A stretch of DNA of 51,484 bases from Chloroflexota bacterium (GTDB lineage: Bacteria; Chloroflexota; Dormibacteria; Aeolococcales; Aeolococcaceae), in the NCBI GenBank assembly GCA_034666465.1, contig JAXDLT010000134.1, positions 1 to 51,484 on the forward strand. The letters are read 5' to 3'. The notes under the pieces were generated by a model that had not been told where the DNA came from, did not search any database, and was given only the letters and a program-made list of their open reading frames with translations. Positions 17,553-27,764 of the stretch are shown here, piece by piece; within the stretch, counting starts at the first letter, position 1, and the number at the start of each line of letters is the position of its first letter. The translations under genes and the position numbers were made by a program.

Positions 17553-19317
17553 GGCCGCCGGTCCCAGCGCCGTCCACCACCCCCTCGCCGCCCGACGGCT
17601 GCGGACCGGCGCGAGCCGCTGGGCCGACCTCGTTCCCCTGCTCGCCTACGGCGCCGTCGCCTTCCTCATCTTCCTGCCGGCCCTGATCACACCCAACCGC
17701 CGCATCATCGGGTGGCCCGGGGATGCGCAACAGACGATGTGGTTCCTGCGCTGGACCCCGTGGGCAATCTCGCACGGACAGAATCCCCTGCTGACCACCC
17801 ATCTCAATCACCCGGCCGGCGTCAACCTGATGTGGAATTCGCTTGCCCCGGTGCTCGGTGTGGTCCTCTGGCCGGTGTCGGCGGCCGCCGGGCTGGTGGT
17901 CTCGTACAACCTGCTGGTGGGCGGGGAGATCGTCCTCGCAGCGTGGTGCGCCTATCTGGCCATCCGCCGCCTCGTCCGATCGCGCGCCGCGGCGGCCTGC
18001 GGCGGGCTGATGTACGGCTTCTCGCCCTACCTCATGGCCCACGCCCACGGCCACGCCAAGGTCAGCTTCGCGCTGCTGCCGCCGCTGCTGCTCATCCTCC
18101 TCCACGAGATCCTGGTCGTGCAGCGGCGCCGTGCCTGGCTCGCCGGTACGGCGCTGGGGGCGCTCCTCACAACCCAGCTCCTCATCTACGAGGAGGGTGT
18201 CGTCCTCGCCCTGGTCGCAGGCAGCGCCGGCGTCGCCGTTCTCGCCCTGACCAACCGCTCCGAGCTCCGCCGCCGTCGATCGCACGCACTGCGCGCGCTG
18301 CTGTGGGCGGGGGCCACGGCGTGCGTGCTCGCCACCTTCCCGCTCGCTGTCCAGCTGCTCGGACCCAATCACCTCTCGGGCACGGTCCCGGGCGGCGACG
18401 TCTACGTCACCGACGTCGCCAACCTGGTGGTCCCCACCGACTTCCAGATGGTCGCCCCGCCGCCGGCGGACGTCGTCAGCCGCCGATTCTCGGGGAACGA
18501 GGTGGAGAACGCCGCCTACCTGGGAGTGCCGCTGCTCGCCACGGTCGCCGTGGTCGCGCTGCGCCGTCGCTCGCAGCCGGTGGTGCGCTGGGCGCTGGCC
18601 ACGGGCGGCGTCCTGCTCCTCCTCTCCATGGGCCCCCAGCTCCACGTCGGCGGTCACGTCAGCCGGCTTCCCCTGCCCTGGCGCGCGCTCCAGGCGATCC
18701 CCCTGCTGGGAAGCGCCCTCCCCGGCCGGCTCTTCGTCTACGTCGACCTGCTCGCCGGCCTTCTCCTCGCGGTCTTCGTGCAGGCGGCGGTGCGCTCACC
18801 GCGGGGACGCGGCCGATGGGTCACCGCGGTCGGGCTGCTCGGCCTCTGCATCGTCACCCTCGCTCCGCGGCTTCCCTTCCCCTCGTCGGCGGTCGAGGTG
18901 CCGTCCTTCTTCACCGGGACGGGGGTGGCCGCGGTGCCACCGGGCTCGGTGGTGCTGGTGGCCCCCTTCGTCCACGATGGGCCGTCGGACCCGCCGATGC
19001 TGTGGCAGGCGGTGGCGGACATGCGCTTCAGCATGCCGGAGGGGTACTTCATCGGGGTCCGGCCCGGTGGGGTGCGCGTCGATGGCCCCCGGCGGTCGCT
19101 CACAGCGTCGCTGATGATCGCCATCCAGTCGGGTCACACGCCGCGGCTGACCCCGCCACTCCGGAGCCGGGTGATCGCCGAGTTGGGCCGGTGGCATGTG
19201 GGGACGGTCATCGTCGGCCCCATGCCCCACGAGGACCTCATGCACCGCTTCGTCACCGACCTCCTCGCCACCTCGCCACGCAAGGTCGGCGGTGTCCTCG
19301 TCTGGGCGCGGAGGTGA
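17539..19317 (+). CDS. Polytopic membrane protein, GT-C/YfhO-like glycosyltransferase
   Basis: GDAQQTMWFLRW, HPAGVNLMWN, GLMYGFSPY, ENAAYLG, LSMGP, PGRL, MLWQA..FSMPEGY; GTG overlaps the sqdB end. Confidence 0.75.
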   Translation: MSTAEAAGPSAVHHPLAARRLRTGASRWADLVPLLAYGAVAFLIFLPALITPNRRIIGWPGDAQQTMWFLRWTPWAISHGQNPLLTTHLNHPAGVNLMWNSLAPVLGVVLWPVSAAAGLVVSYNLLVGGEIVLAAWCAYLAIRRLVRSRAAAACGGLMYGFSPYLMAHAHGHAKVSFALLPPLLLILLHEILVVQRRRAWLAGTALGALLTTQLLIYEEGVVLALVAGSAGVAVLALTNRSELRRRRSHALRALLWAGATACVLATFPLAVQLLGPNHLSGTVPGGDVYVTDVANLVVPTDFQMVAPPPADVVSRRFSGNEVENAAYLGVPLLATVAVVALRRRSQPVVRWALATGGVLLLLSMGPQLHVGGHVSRLPLPWRALQAIPLLGSALPGRLFVYVDLLAGLLLAVFVQAAVRSPRGRGRWVTAVGLLGLCIVTLAPRLPFPSSAVEVPSFFTGTGVAAVPPGSVVLVAPFVHDGPSDPPMLWQAVADMRFSMPEGYFIGVRPGGVRVDGPRRSLTASLMIAIQSGHTPRLTPPLRSRVIAELGRWHVGTVIVGPMPHEDLMHRFVTDLLATSPRKVGGVLVWARR

Positions 19318-19332
19318 GCCGCCGGACGGATG

Positions 19333-20601
19333 TCAGAGTGTCCTGGGTGAACTGGCGGGGGCGTTCCTGGCCTCGAGGTCGGCGCGCAGGTCGTCGAGCA
19401 CCGCCTCCTCGACCACCGCCATCCCCATCTCCCGCATCGTCGCCGACAGCGCCGGGTCCCACGTCGCCGTCACCGGACGGCCGCGCAGGCCGTCGGCGCC
19501 GGCGGCCACCACCGCGTCGCGGTAGTCCTGGGAGCCGAAACGCCAGGGGCGGGCACCGAGGCGCATCACGGCGTTGCCGATCTCCAGGCCGCCCCAGTCG
19601 AAGTCGCCGTGGTAGCGAACCTCCACCCCCTGCCCCACCAGCGAGCCCAGCAGGAGACGGCAGGCGATGCTCATCTGCCCGCTGACGCACACCAGCGGGG
19701 AGCAGGCGGCCCCCAGCCGCTCGGCGGTCGCATCCATGACGGAGGGGTTCTCGCAGGCGAACACCACCCGCGCCTCCCAGCGCGCGTCCTGGCTCCACCG
19801 TTCGAGCTGATCGAGCGTCAGGCACATCGGCACGCCCGCGTCGGCCCCGGCGGCGAGCACCGCCGCCAGCGGTGCCGGGGCCGATGCGCGCAGGTTGAGA
19901 GTGAGGACCGTGGAGCTCAGCCGGTCGCACACGACGCCGAACCGCTCCCAGAGCCGCCTCCGGTCCCCGGCGCCCCGCACCTCGCTGTCCTCGAGCCGGG
20001 CGAGCGCCCCCAGAACCAGCGTCGACGTCGGCGTGCCGGGATCGAGCGCGTGCGGCGTGCGCAGCACACGCGTGGCGAGGACCGCGAGCAGCTGGGGCTG
20101 CTCGGTGGGGAGGGCTGCGAGGACGTCGAGGGCACGTGCCAGGGCGACCGGGCCCTCGGCTCCCGGGGCGAGCCGCGACAGCGTCCCGGAGCGGCGCAGC
20201 CTCGTGAGCCAGTCCTCGAGCCGGGGATGGGTGCCCACGGCGGGGTGGACAGCCGCCTCGGCCCAGATCCGGTCCGCGGTCCGGCGGAGTGCTCGGCGCT
20301 CCTCGGGGTGGTTGCGCAGGCGCTGGCCGAGGAGCTCGGGAAGCAGGTCCGGCAGCCCCGCATCGAGCGGCGAGCCGCGCAGGAATGCGTCCAGCTCGGC
20401 GACGCGCACCTGGCGCACCGACGGCTGCAGCCGCCGCCCCAGCACCCTCCCCACGGCCGCACGCTCGGCGTCGTCGAGAAGCACGACCGTGCCCGACGGC
20501 GACCCTCGACGCTCCACCGTGTCCGCGCACCGGCGCCAGAAGCCGTCGAGGGCTCCGCCCTGGCGCAGGGCGCCGATCGGTCCCGTGCCGGTGAGGCTCA
20601 C
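19333..20601 (-). CDS. jetD: Wadjet type II JetD (TIGR02679; DUF3323+DUF2399 Toprim-like nuclease)
   Basis: PHALD, VFACENPSV, PLVCVSG, YHGDFDWGGLEIG, VVEEAVLDDL; GTGA coupling with jetC. Confidence 0.9.
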   Translation of the reverse strand: MSLTGTGPIGALRQGGALDGFWRRCADTVERRGSPSGTVVLLDDAERAAVGRVLGRRLQPSVRQVRVAELDAFLRGSPLDAGLPDLLPELLGQRLRNHPEERRALRRTADRIWAEAAVHPAVGTHPRLEDWLTRLRRSGTLSRLAPGAEGPVALARALDVLAALPTEQPQLLAVLATRVLRTPHALDPGTPTSTLVLGALARLEDSEVRGAGDRRRLWERFGVVCDRLSSTVLTLNLRASAPAPLAAVLAAGADAGVPMCLTLDQLERWSQDARWEARVVFACENPSVMDATAERLGAACSPLVCVSGQMSIACRLLLGSLVGQGVEVRYHGDFDWGGLEIGNAVMRLGARPWRFGSQDYRDAVVAAGADGLRGRPVTATWDPALSATMREMGMAVVEEAVLDDLRADLEARNAPASSPRTL

Positions 20602-23600
20602 TCGTCGACCGGCTCGAGCCGCTCGCCGTCCCAGAACATCGTCGTCACCCCGACGCCGCCGATCTCGGGGTAGACGGACATGATGTTGATGGCGATGCCG
20701 GGGACGCTCGCGTACGTCGGCATCATCGAGTAGTTCGCCATGAGCACGTCGAGGTCGAGGGCGCTGATGACGCCGAAGCACGCCTCGCGCATCCCGTCGT
20801 CGATCCGCTCGAATGCCTCGTCGAGGCCGAAGATCCGCGGTGCGCCCTCGCGGGCGCCGTCGTAGGCGGTGGCGACCGCGGCCAGCAGGGGCAGGTGGAG
20901 CAGCGCGGCACGCTCGCCCTCGCTGAGCACCGCGCGCTGGGACCGGAACCGGTCCCACCGGTCCGACCCGGGCATCGCGAGCTGGACCACCACCTGGTGC
21001 CACGCGCGGTAGTCGAAGCCCGCGGTGAGGCGGTCGGCGAGGGTTCCGTCCCGTCCCTCCCGCGCCTCGTCGACACGGCTCTTCATCCAGCGGGTGATCA
21101 GGTCCCGTTCGGCGTCGGTGTGGAGGTGGGGATCGCGGGCGACGAGATCCAGGACCTCACGGGTGCCGTCGGGGACCTCGCCGGCGCGCAGCTGCCAGCG
21201 GATGCGCACGCGATGGCCGCGACGGGTCGGGTGCGCCTGCATGCAGTCGGTGATCCGCGCCACGTGGGTCTCGGCGGCGCGCAGGGCGGCGTTCAGCTCG
21301 GTGCTCACCTGGTTGAGCATCACCGCGTCGAAGAAGCGTCGCTCCTCCTCGGCGATGAGGCCGTCGTTGCGCTGCGCGTCGGCGCTCACCAGGTCGCGCA
21401 CCTCGTGGAGCGGCCGCGCCGCCCCCTGGTAGACCCCGCGCGGGATCCAGTGGTCCGCCTCGCCGGCGTCGATGACGAAGCTGTAGTCGACGAGCTGCGA
21501 GGAGACCTGGGTCTGGGTCGCCATGAGGCGGTTGAGGCGTCCGCGCGCCTCGTCCGCGCCCGGAGCGCGGTCGCCGGCCTGCCGGGAACGCGCGATGGCG
21601 GTGAGCAGGTGGGTGAGGCGCCAGTCGCGCGGGTCCTCCGCGAGCCCGTCTCGCAGGCTCCCCCAGCCGGCGCACTCGAGCAGCCCCGCCACCGCGGCGC
21701 TGCGCAGCGACTCCTCGGCCGCGTCACGGGTCCGGGCCATCTCGTCGAGGCGCTCGGCCGCCCGCTCCACCGCGATCTGGCAGCGCGTTCGCTCCGCCGC
21801 GGCCTCCATCTCCTCCCGCTGGAGGCGCTCGACCTCGCCGGTGCACGCGACCAGCTCACGGCGCGCCTGCTCGAGCTGGGCGAGGGCCTCCCTCACCCCC
21901 GCCGCCTGCGCCTGGGCCTCGAGCGCGCCGCGTCGGGCGAGGGCCTCGGCGTGGTCCCCTCCCGTGCGCAGCACCGCGTCGCGCCGCTCGGCGAGCGCGC
22001 CGGTGGACTCGGCGAGGTCCTCGGCCGCCCTGGCTGCCGCCGTCGCCGCGACCCCCCAGCGTCCGACCGCATCGATCCATGCCGCGGCGTGGTCGCGATA
22101 CTCCCGAGTGGCCGAGGCGAGGCCCGGCAGGTCGTCGAGCCAGGCGGCCAGACCCGTCTCGCTCGCGCGCCGGTCGAGGGCCTGCCGCGCGGTCGTCGCG
22201 GCGGCGTCGGCGGCGGCCTGCCGCTCCGCCGCGACGGCGAGGCGCGCCTCCGCGTCGGCGAGAGCCCGCTCCGCAGGCGGCACGGCGGCCTCGGCCTCTC
22301 GCAGCGCGGTCTCGTCGGGCGCGGCGGCGATGTCGGCGGCGATCGCGGCAGCCCGCTCGTCGGCGGCCGCCACACGGCGGTCGGCCGCCTCGGCCTCGGC
22401 CTCGCGGGCCGTGATCTCGGCGTCGAGGTCGGCGATGCGGCGCACGCGGGTCCGCTCGCGCGCCGCGGCGCCGATGTGCTCGGCGGCGACCTTCGCGAAC
22501 CGCCCGACCACGGGCCCGAGGACGTAGCCGCCGTCCGGGCCCACCGTCACCGCCGCCCCGGGGATCGACCCGAGGCCGATCCGGCGGAGCAGCGCGGTCA
22601 CGGTCGCCGCGAGCACGCCGTCTCCGTCCGGCACCAGGACGTCCGCGAGCGACGGGCCCTCGACCGGCGCGCCGGCGACGAGGGCGGCGTCGAGGCTGTC
22701 GGCGCCGAGAACCGCGCCGTCGGGCAGGACCAGGACGTCGAGCAGGCCGGCGCCCTCGAGGGCCGCCTCGATTCCCCCCTGCCGAGCCTCGTCCTCGAAC
22801 CCCGGGGCGAAGTCGCACACCCGCCAGAGCGGGACGCCGGCACAGCCCTCCGCCCGGACCCTGGCCGGGAGGGGCGCCGGTCCCTCGTCGCGCTGGGCGG
22901 CGATCTCCTCGCGCCGGCGGCGCAGGTCCTCGGCCGCCGACCGGGAGCGCTGCCCGGCCAGGAGCGCGGACGCCCTCTCCTGCGCGACCGCGCCGGACAG
23001 CGGCCGGGCCAGCGCGTGCACCGCGGCGGCGAGCGACCGGCGCTCCTCGACCGCCGCGCGAAGGGAGGCACGGCCGGCGTCGCCGGGGCGCAGCTCGCGG
23101 CACCCCGCGGCCCACGCCAGCAGCGCCTCCAGCAGCGCCTCCTCCGCCTCGTCCCGGCGCTCGCGTGCCCCGGCGAGCTCGATCTCCGCGGCCTCGCGGG
23201 CGACGCGCCGCTCGCTGACCGCCTCCGCCGCTCGAGCCGCGGCGTCGGCCGCACGGCGTGCCCTCTCGGCCAGGGCCACGAGGTCGGTGATGGCCCGGTC
23301 CCGGCGCCGCACCGCGGAGCTCAGCCGGGTGCGCGCCGCGACCAGGTCGCCGTCGGGCGGCACCGCCTCCTCTCCGCCGCCCGTCTCGCCGCCCATGACC
23401 TCGACGAGGGCGGTGTGGTCGCCGGTGAGGACCGCCTGGGTCGCGGCGCGCTCGGCGCTCCGCTCCCACCTCCGCGCGTCCGCCTGGACGGCGCGCAGGT
23501 CGCGCAGCGCCTCCTCGTGGCGGCCGGTCATCGTGCGCACCCTTCCGTCCTGCTTCGCGACCTCCGTCTCCGCGGCGCGCACCGCATGCAGGGCCTTCGC

Positions 23601-24683
23601 GACGGCGCGCTCCGCGCTGTCCAGGTCGCGGGCCGCGGTGATGGGATCGGACAGCTCGAGGGTGCGCACCGCCTCGGACAGGCCCCGGTTGCGCAGCGTC
23701 GCCTCCCCGCGGTGCTGCTCCAGCCGCCGCGCGCGGTCGTCCGCCACGCCGAGGGCGGCGTCGGCGTCGCGCCGGGCGGTGCTCGCCGCCTGGAACCTCG
23801 AGTCGCCGTCGCGAAGGTCGAAGGCGAGCCGCCGCAGCAACGCCTGGGCGTACGCGCGGTGGGCGTCGGTGACCTGGGACATCGCCGCGGCGTCGTCCTT
23901 GAGGCGGCGGACCTGCTCGGTGAGGGTGGCCTGGCTGCTGAAGTGCTCGGCGATCTGCTCGAAGAGGCGCGGCGCGATCGGCTCGAGGAAGTCCGCGATG
24001 TACTGGCCGGCCGCCTCGGCGGTGAGGTTCGAGGCCAGGTTGGGCCGGCTCACCTCACGCAGGATCCGGGCCAGCCGTCGCAGCCGCTCCTCCCCGAGAC
24101 CGAACAGGGCGGAGTCGAGAGCCGCACGGTACGAGGCCACGTCGTCGAAGACGTGGTCGGCGCCGAGCAGGGCACGGAGGTCGGCGGCCTCGGCGGGAAG
24201 TCCGGCCGCGTCGAACAGCTGGAGGTCGCGGCCGATGCGGTGGCCGGTGACGAAGTACCAGGCCCTCACGTCCGCCGCCGCCCGGCTCGCCCGCAGGCCG
24301 GCTCCGCAGGTGACGGTCTCGACCCGACCCTCGGGGTCGAGGCGGCCGAACTCGATCCACGTGTAGCCGACCCGGCTGGCGTAGCGGTCGCGATCGAGGA
24401 TGAGGTCCTTGAGCGACCCCCGCGAGCCGCTCACCGGCGAGGCCGGGGGCAGGGCGGTGGCCGGCCGCCCGTCCAGGAGGAAGGGCACCTGCAGCCCCAG
24501 GAAGATCGACTTCCCCGACCCGTTGACCCCGCGGTTGAGCATCCAGCCGTTGCGGTAGGTGCGCACGGTGTCGTGCTGCCAGAGATTCTGGACCCCCGAG
24601 CGCAGTGGGCGGAAACGCCCGTGGGTGGGGACCGGAAGGCTGTCCTCGGGAGAGAACGAGAGGGGCAGGACCGAGGACGTCAT
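20598..24683 (-). CDS. jetC: Wadjet type II JetC SMC-like ATPase (TIGR02680)
   Basis: Walker A RGVNGSGKS, long Ala-rich coiled coils, PLWRVCDF..IEAALEGAGLLD hinge, FDYRAWH, LSEGER signature, LDEAF Walker B. Confidence 0.93.
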   Translation of the reverse strand: MTSSVLPLSFSPEDSLPVPTHGRFRPLRSGVQNLWQHDTVRTYRNGWMLNRGVNGSGKSIFLGLQVPFLLDGRPATALPPASPVSGSRGSLKDLILDRDRYASRVGYTWIEFGRLDPEGRVETVTCGAGLRASRAAADVRAWYFVTGHRIGRDLQLFDAAGLPAEAADLRALLGADHVFDDVASYRAALDSALFGLGEERLRRLARILREVSRPNLASNLTAEAAGQYIADFLEPIAPRLFEQIAEHFSSQATLTEQVRRLKDDAAAMSQVTDAHRAYAQALLRRLAFDLRDGDSRFQAASTARRDADAALGVADDRARRLEQHRGEATLRNRGLSEAVRTLELSDPITAARDLDSAERAVAKALHAVRAAETEVAKQDGRVRTMTGRHEEALRDLRAVQADARRWERSAERAATQAVLTGDHTALVEVMGGETGGGEEAVPPDGDLVAARTRLSSAVRRRDRAITDLVALAERARRAADAAARAAEAVSERRVAREAAEIELAGARERRDEAEEALLEALLAWAAGCRELRPGDAGRASLRAAVEERRSLAAAVHALARPLSGAVAQERASALLAGQRSRSAAEDLRRRREEIAAQRDEGPAPLPARVRAEGCAGVPLWRVCDFAPGFEDEARQGGIEAALEGAGLLDVLVLPDGAVLGADSLDAALVAGAPVEGPSLADVLVPDGDGVLAATVTALLRRIGLGSIPGAAVTVGPDGGYVLGPVVGRFAKVAAEHIGAAARERTRVRRIADLDAEITAREAEAEAADRRVAAADERAAAIAADIAAAPDETALREAEAAVPPAERALADAEARLAVAAERQAAADAAATTARQALDRRASETGLAAWLDDLPGLASATREYRDHAAAWIDAVGRWGVAATAAARAAEDLAESTGALAERRDAVLRTGGDHAEALARRGALEAQAQAAGVREALAQLEQARRELVACTGEVERLQREEMEAAAERTRCQIAVERAAERLDEMARTRDAAEESLRSAAVAGLLECAGWGSLRDGLAEDPRDWRLTHLLTAIARSRQAGDRAPGADEARGRLNRLMATQTQVSSQLVDYSFVIDAGEADHWIPRGVYQGAARPLHEVRDLVSADAQRNDGLIAEEERRFFDAVMLNQVSTELNAALRAAETHVARITDCMQAHPTRRGHRVRIRWQLRAGEVPDGTREVLDLVARDPHLHTDAERDLITRWMKSRVDEAREGRDGTLADRLTAGFDYRAWHQVVVQLAMPGSDRWDRFRSQRAVLSEGERAALLHLPLLAAVATAYDGAREGAPRIFGLDEAFERIDDGMREACFGVISALDLDVLMANYSMMPTYASVPGIAINIMSVYPEIGGVGVTTMFWDGERLEPVDE

Positions 24684-25870
24684 GCGTCGATCTCCTTGCC
24701 GTCCGGGACACCGGCGGCGTTCGCTGCCGTCGTGTCGTCGATGCGGAAGACGTACCGGTGCAGCGCCGGCAGCGGGACCACCTCGCCGGCGCCGCGCCGG
24801 GCCATGCCCGCGCGCTCGAGGAGCGCAGCCGCGCGCTCGCGCAGCGCATCACGCCCCCGATCGTCCTCGCGGTACTCGCGGCGCGTCCTCGGATGGGCGA
24901 GCACCGGGGCGAGTGCCTCGTCCAGAGCGTGAATGGGCACCGGCTCCCCCGGCGCCTCCGTGTCGGCCTCGACGAGGAGCCGGTGCACGCAGGCGACCGC
25001 CATCGCCACGGAGCCGGCGGGTGCCGGGGGAAACCCCGCCGCACGCACCTCCGGGTCCACCGCCGCCACCCCCTCGGCGCGCACCTCGAGGCGCAGTCCC
25101 ACGCGCTCGCGCAGCTGACGGGCGAAGACGGGGCGCTGCGAGTCGAGGTACTGGCGCTCGGCGTCGGTCAGGGTGTCGTAGTAGACGACCGCCGTCTCGA
25201 GGAGACGGCGCCACAGGTCGTGGCGGATGCGGAGGTTCTCGCCCTCGCGGCCCGGCGGGTAGAGATCGACGTCGAGCTCGTCCGGGCTCGCGCACGCCGA
25301 GGGGGCGCGGCGCGCCGCCAGCAGCCGGGCGGCGAGCGACCGGTCGACCTCGTAGAGGGCCTCGCCCATGGTGCTGTCGACGAAGCTCTGCGCGCTCCCG
25401 TCGGTGAGGCGCACCACACCCTCCTCCTCGAGGCGGCCGAAGACGTCGGCGATCGCCCTGCGGTCGACCTGGAGGTCGAGGTTGGGCGCGACCACCTGCA
25501 CCTGGACGGCGAGAGCCTCGATCTCCTCGGCGACGATGCCGAGGCGCACGCGGCGCTCCTCGACCCGGTCGACGGCCGCCAGGGCCAGGCAGTACCAGAC
25601 GTATCGCCGGCGATCGAAGGGCCGTCCCGACTGCGGCGTCACCGCGTCGAGAGCGGGACCCGGGGCACGGTGTGGGGCCTTGGTCAACCGCGCCCAGCCG
25701 GCCTCGACGGTGAGGTCGTACCGCGGGTACGTGGCGAACCACTCCCGCAGCGCCGTCGCGTTGCGCCGGATGACCCCGTAGGCCTCCCGGTCCTCGTCGC
25801 GATCGGCGCGCACCGTGGTGCGCTCCATGAGGTACCGGGTGGCCTCGACGAGCTCGGTGCCGTCGCTCAC
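24680..25870 (-). CDS. jetB: Wadjet type II JetB (TIGR02678, DUF2398)
   Basis: LREWF, ARLTK, FDRRRY..CLALA, RRLLETAVVYYDTLTDAERQYL, LEVRAEG; coupled to both neighbours. Confidence 0.88.
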   Translation of the reverse strand: MSDGTELVEATRYLMERTTVRADRDEDREAYGVIRRNATALREWFATYPRYDLTVEAGWARLTKAPHRAPGPALDAVTPQSGRPFDRRRYVWYCLALAAVDRVEERRVRLGIVAEEIEALAVQVQVVAPNLDLQVDRRAIADVFGRLEEEGVVRLTDGSAQSFVDSTMGEALYEVDRSLAARLLAARRAPSACASPDELDVDLYPPGREGENLRIRHDLWRRLLETAVVYYDTLTDAERQYLDSQRPVFARQLRERVGLRLEVRAEGVAAVDPEVRAAGFPPAPAGSVAMAVACVHRLLVEADTEAPGEPVPIHALDEALAPVLAHPRTRREYREDDRGRDALRERAAALLERAGMARRGAGEVVPLPALHRYVFRIDDTTAANAAGVPDGKEIDA

Positions 25871-27717
25871 GACGCCTGCCTCGCCCGCTCGGCTCCGCGG
25901 GTGCGCACCTCGATCACGAGGTCGGAGAGCCACAGACGGCCGTGCCGGGTCGCCAGCACCGCTCCGCCCTGCGCCCCCGTGGGCGGGCGCACCTCGATCG
26001 TCGCGGCGGCGTCGACGCTGCTCGCCCGCCAGGCGCCGTCGCGCAGCGGCGTCTCGAGGGCGCGGACGACCATCTGGACGATGGCATCGAACTCGAGCGG
26101 GGCGAGCACGCCCAGCGAGGACAGCGGCAGGGGCCCGGCGTCGGCGACCCGGGACAGCGCGCGCTGCTCGCGCAGCCGGGCCAGGTGCAGCTCGTCCCGC
26201 GCCCTCCGGCGCGCCTCGCTGTAGTCGGCGCGTGCCCCGGGCCGTCCACCCTGTCCGCGAGTGCCCTGGACAGCGGGGCGGACGACCGCCTCCTCCATGC
26301 CGCGGTCGGCCCGCCACGGAACCCGTGGCCCCTCGTCGGCGCCGGCGTCACCGCCGAGGTGGAACCATGGGCCTGGACCGAAGGCCCGCCGGTAGAGGTC
26401 CGCGCAGACCGGGGTCAGCGACTCGTCGTCGAACCAGCGGGCGAGCTGGAGCCAGTCGCGATGGCGGCTCACCCGCGGCTGGAGCGACTCGGCGATGCGG
26501 ACGGCGGCGTTCTCGACGCGCAGCACCGCGTCCACCGCCTCGTGGCGGATGAGGTCCACGGTCGTCCCGATCCAGTTGACCAGCCCCGCCCACTGCGCCA
26601 GTGTCTCCGCGTCGTCCCGGGCGATGTCCTCCGCGGTCGCGTCCGGGGCGCGGTCGTAGGCGCGGGCCAGCGAGACGAGCCGCTCGATTCCGAACCCCTC
26701 GACGGTGGTGCACAGCGAGCCCAGGGTGCCGTGCCGGTCGCAGAGCTCCTGGACGAAGTCCTGGATGTAGCGGATGACCTCGGCCTTGTAGAGGCGGAAC
26801 GCCGCCTCGTCGACCGCCCAGCTCGCCTGGCGCCGGCGCATGCTCGTGAAGAAGGCGGTCGCGTCCGCGCCGAGCACCCTGCCGGAGTCGAAGACGGCGT
26901 CGAGGGCCATCCGCAGGGCACGCACGCGATCGAGCTCGGCCTCCGTGCCGGCGGTGGACGGCAGGGCGCATGCCGCCGTCACCACCGCTCTGAGGCCCTG
27001 CTCGAGGCTTTCGAGCCGGGCGCGGCTCAGCTCGACCTGCTGCTGCAGGCCGGCGACGAAGCCGGCCACCGCCTCGTGGGCCAGTCCACCCGCCCGGCTC
27101 ATCTGGTAGACGAAGCGGCGCCGGTCGAACTCCCTGAGGCGGACAGGCTCGGCGCTGTCCGGCATCCGGTCGAGGTTCCCCCACTCGACCAGCTTGGTGA
27201 GGACGGCGTCGGCCCCCGCCTCGCGGGCGAGCTCCGGGTCGAGGCCCGCGGCGAGGAGGTGGGACACGATCTGCTCCGGGCGCACCTGGAGGGTGAGCAC
27301 CCTCGCCATCTCCGCGACGGCCTCGATCGCCACCCGGTAGACGGTGGTCTTCTCGACGGTCACGTACGAGAAGACGGGCAGCTGCCCGTCCCCGCGGATC
27401 GCCTCACCCTGCTCGACGGCGGCGAGGGTGCGCCGCTGCCAGGGCGCTCCGGGTGGCGCGTGCCGTCGCTGCGCGGCGTGCTCGGGGCAGCGGTAGGGAT
27501 GACGCCCCCGCCGGGTGCCGCGGTACGCCCACCGGTGATCTCCCTCCGTGCACGGCCGGGAGTTGCGCCGGAAACCCGGGCGCGGTGCCTCCCCGTCCGC
27601 CAGCGGGTGCCAGGAGGGGCTGTCGCCCTCCTCGGGGGGATCTCCGGCCGCGAACGGCGGGGGCGGAGCACCTCCGTCCCCGGTCGGCTGCTCCGGCAAG
27701 TCGGCCCGCGCGGTCAC
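25867..27717 (-). CDS. jetA: Wadjet type II JetA (TIGR02677, DUF2397) with N-terminal extension of about 110 aa
   Basis: RBS GGAGGAGG (27728-27721) before GTG 27717; VFSYVT..YR, LVEWGNL, EF.RRRFVYQMS..G, F..YK..I.YIQDF, VSR..D.LQLARWF. Confidence 0.88.
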   Translation of the reverse strand: MTARADLPEQPTGDGGAPPPPFAAGDPPEEGDSPSWHPLADGEAPRPGFRRNSRPCTEGDHRWAYRGTRRGRHPYRCPEHAAQRRHAPPGAPWQRRTLAAVEQGEAIRGDGQLPVFSYVTVEKTTVYRVAIEAVAEMARVLTLQVRPEQIVSHLLAAGLDPELAREAGADAVLTKLVEWGNLDRMPDSAEPVRLREFDRRRFVYQMSRAGGLAHEAVAGFVAGLQQQVELSRARLESLEQGLRAVVTAACALPSTAGTEAELDRVRALRMALDAVFDSGRVLGADATAFFTSMRRRQASWAVDEAAFRLYKAEVIRYIQDFVQELCDRHGTLGSLCTTVEGFGIERLVSLARAYDRAPDATAEDIARDDAETLAQWAGLVNWIGTTVDLIRHEAVDAVLRVENAAVRIAESLQPRVSRHRDWLQLARWFDDESLTPVCADLYRRAFGPGPWFHLGGDAGADEGPRVPWRADRGMEEAVVRPAVQGTRGQGGRPGARADYSEARRRARDELHLARLREQRALSRVADAGPLPLSSLGVLAPLEFDAIVQMVVRALETPLRDGAWRASSVDAAATIEVRPPTGAQGGAVLATRHGRLWLSDLVIEVRTRGAERARQAS

Positions 27718-27764
27718 ACGCCTCCTCCGGGCTGGCGGTCCGCTGCTGGGACGTCGAGGGGTTG

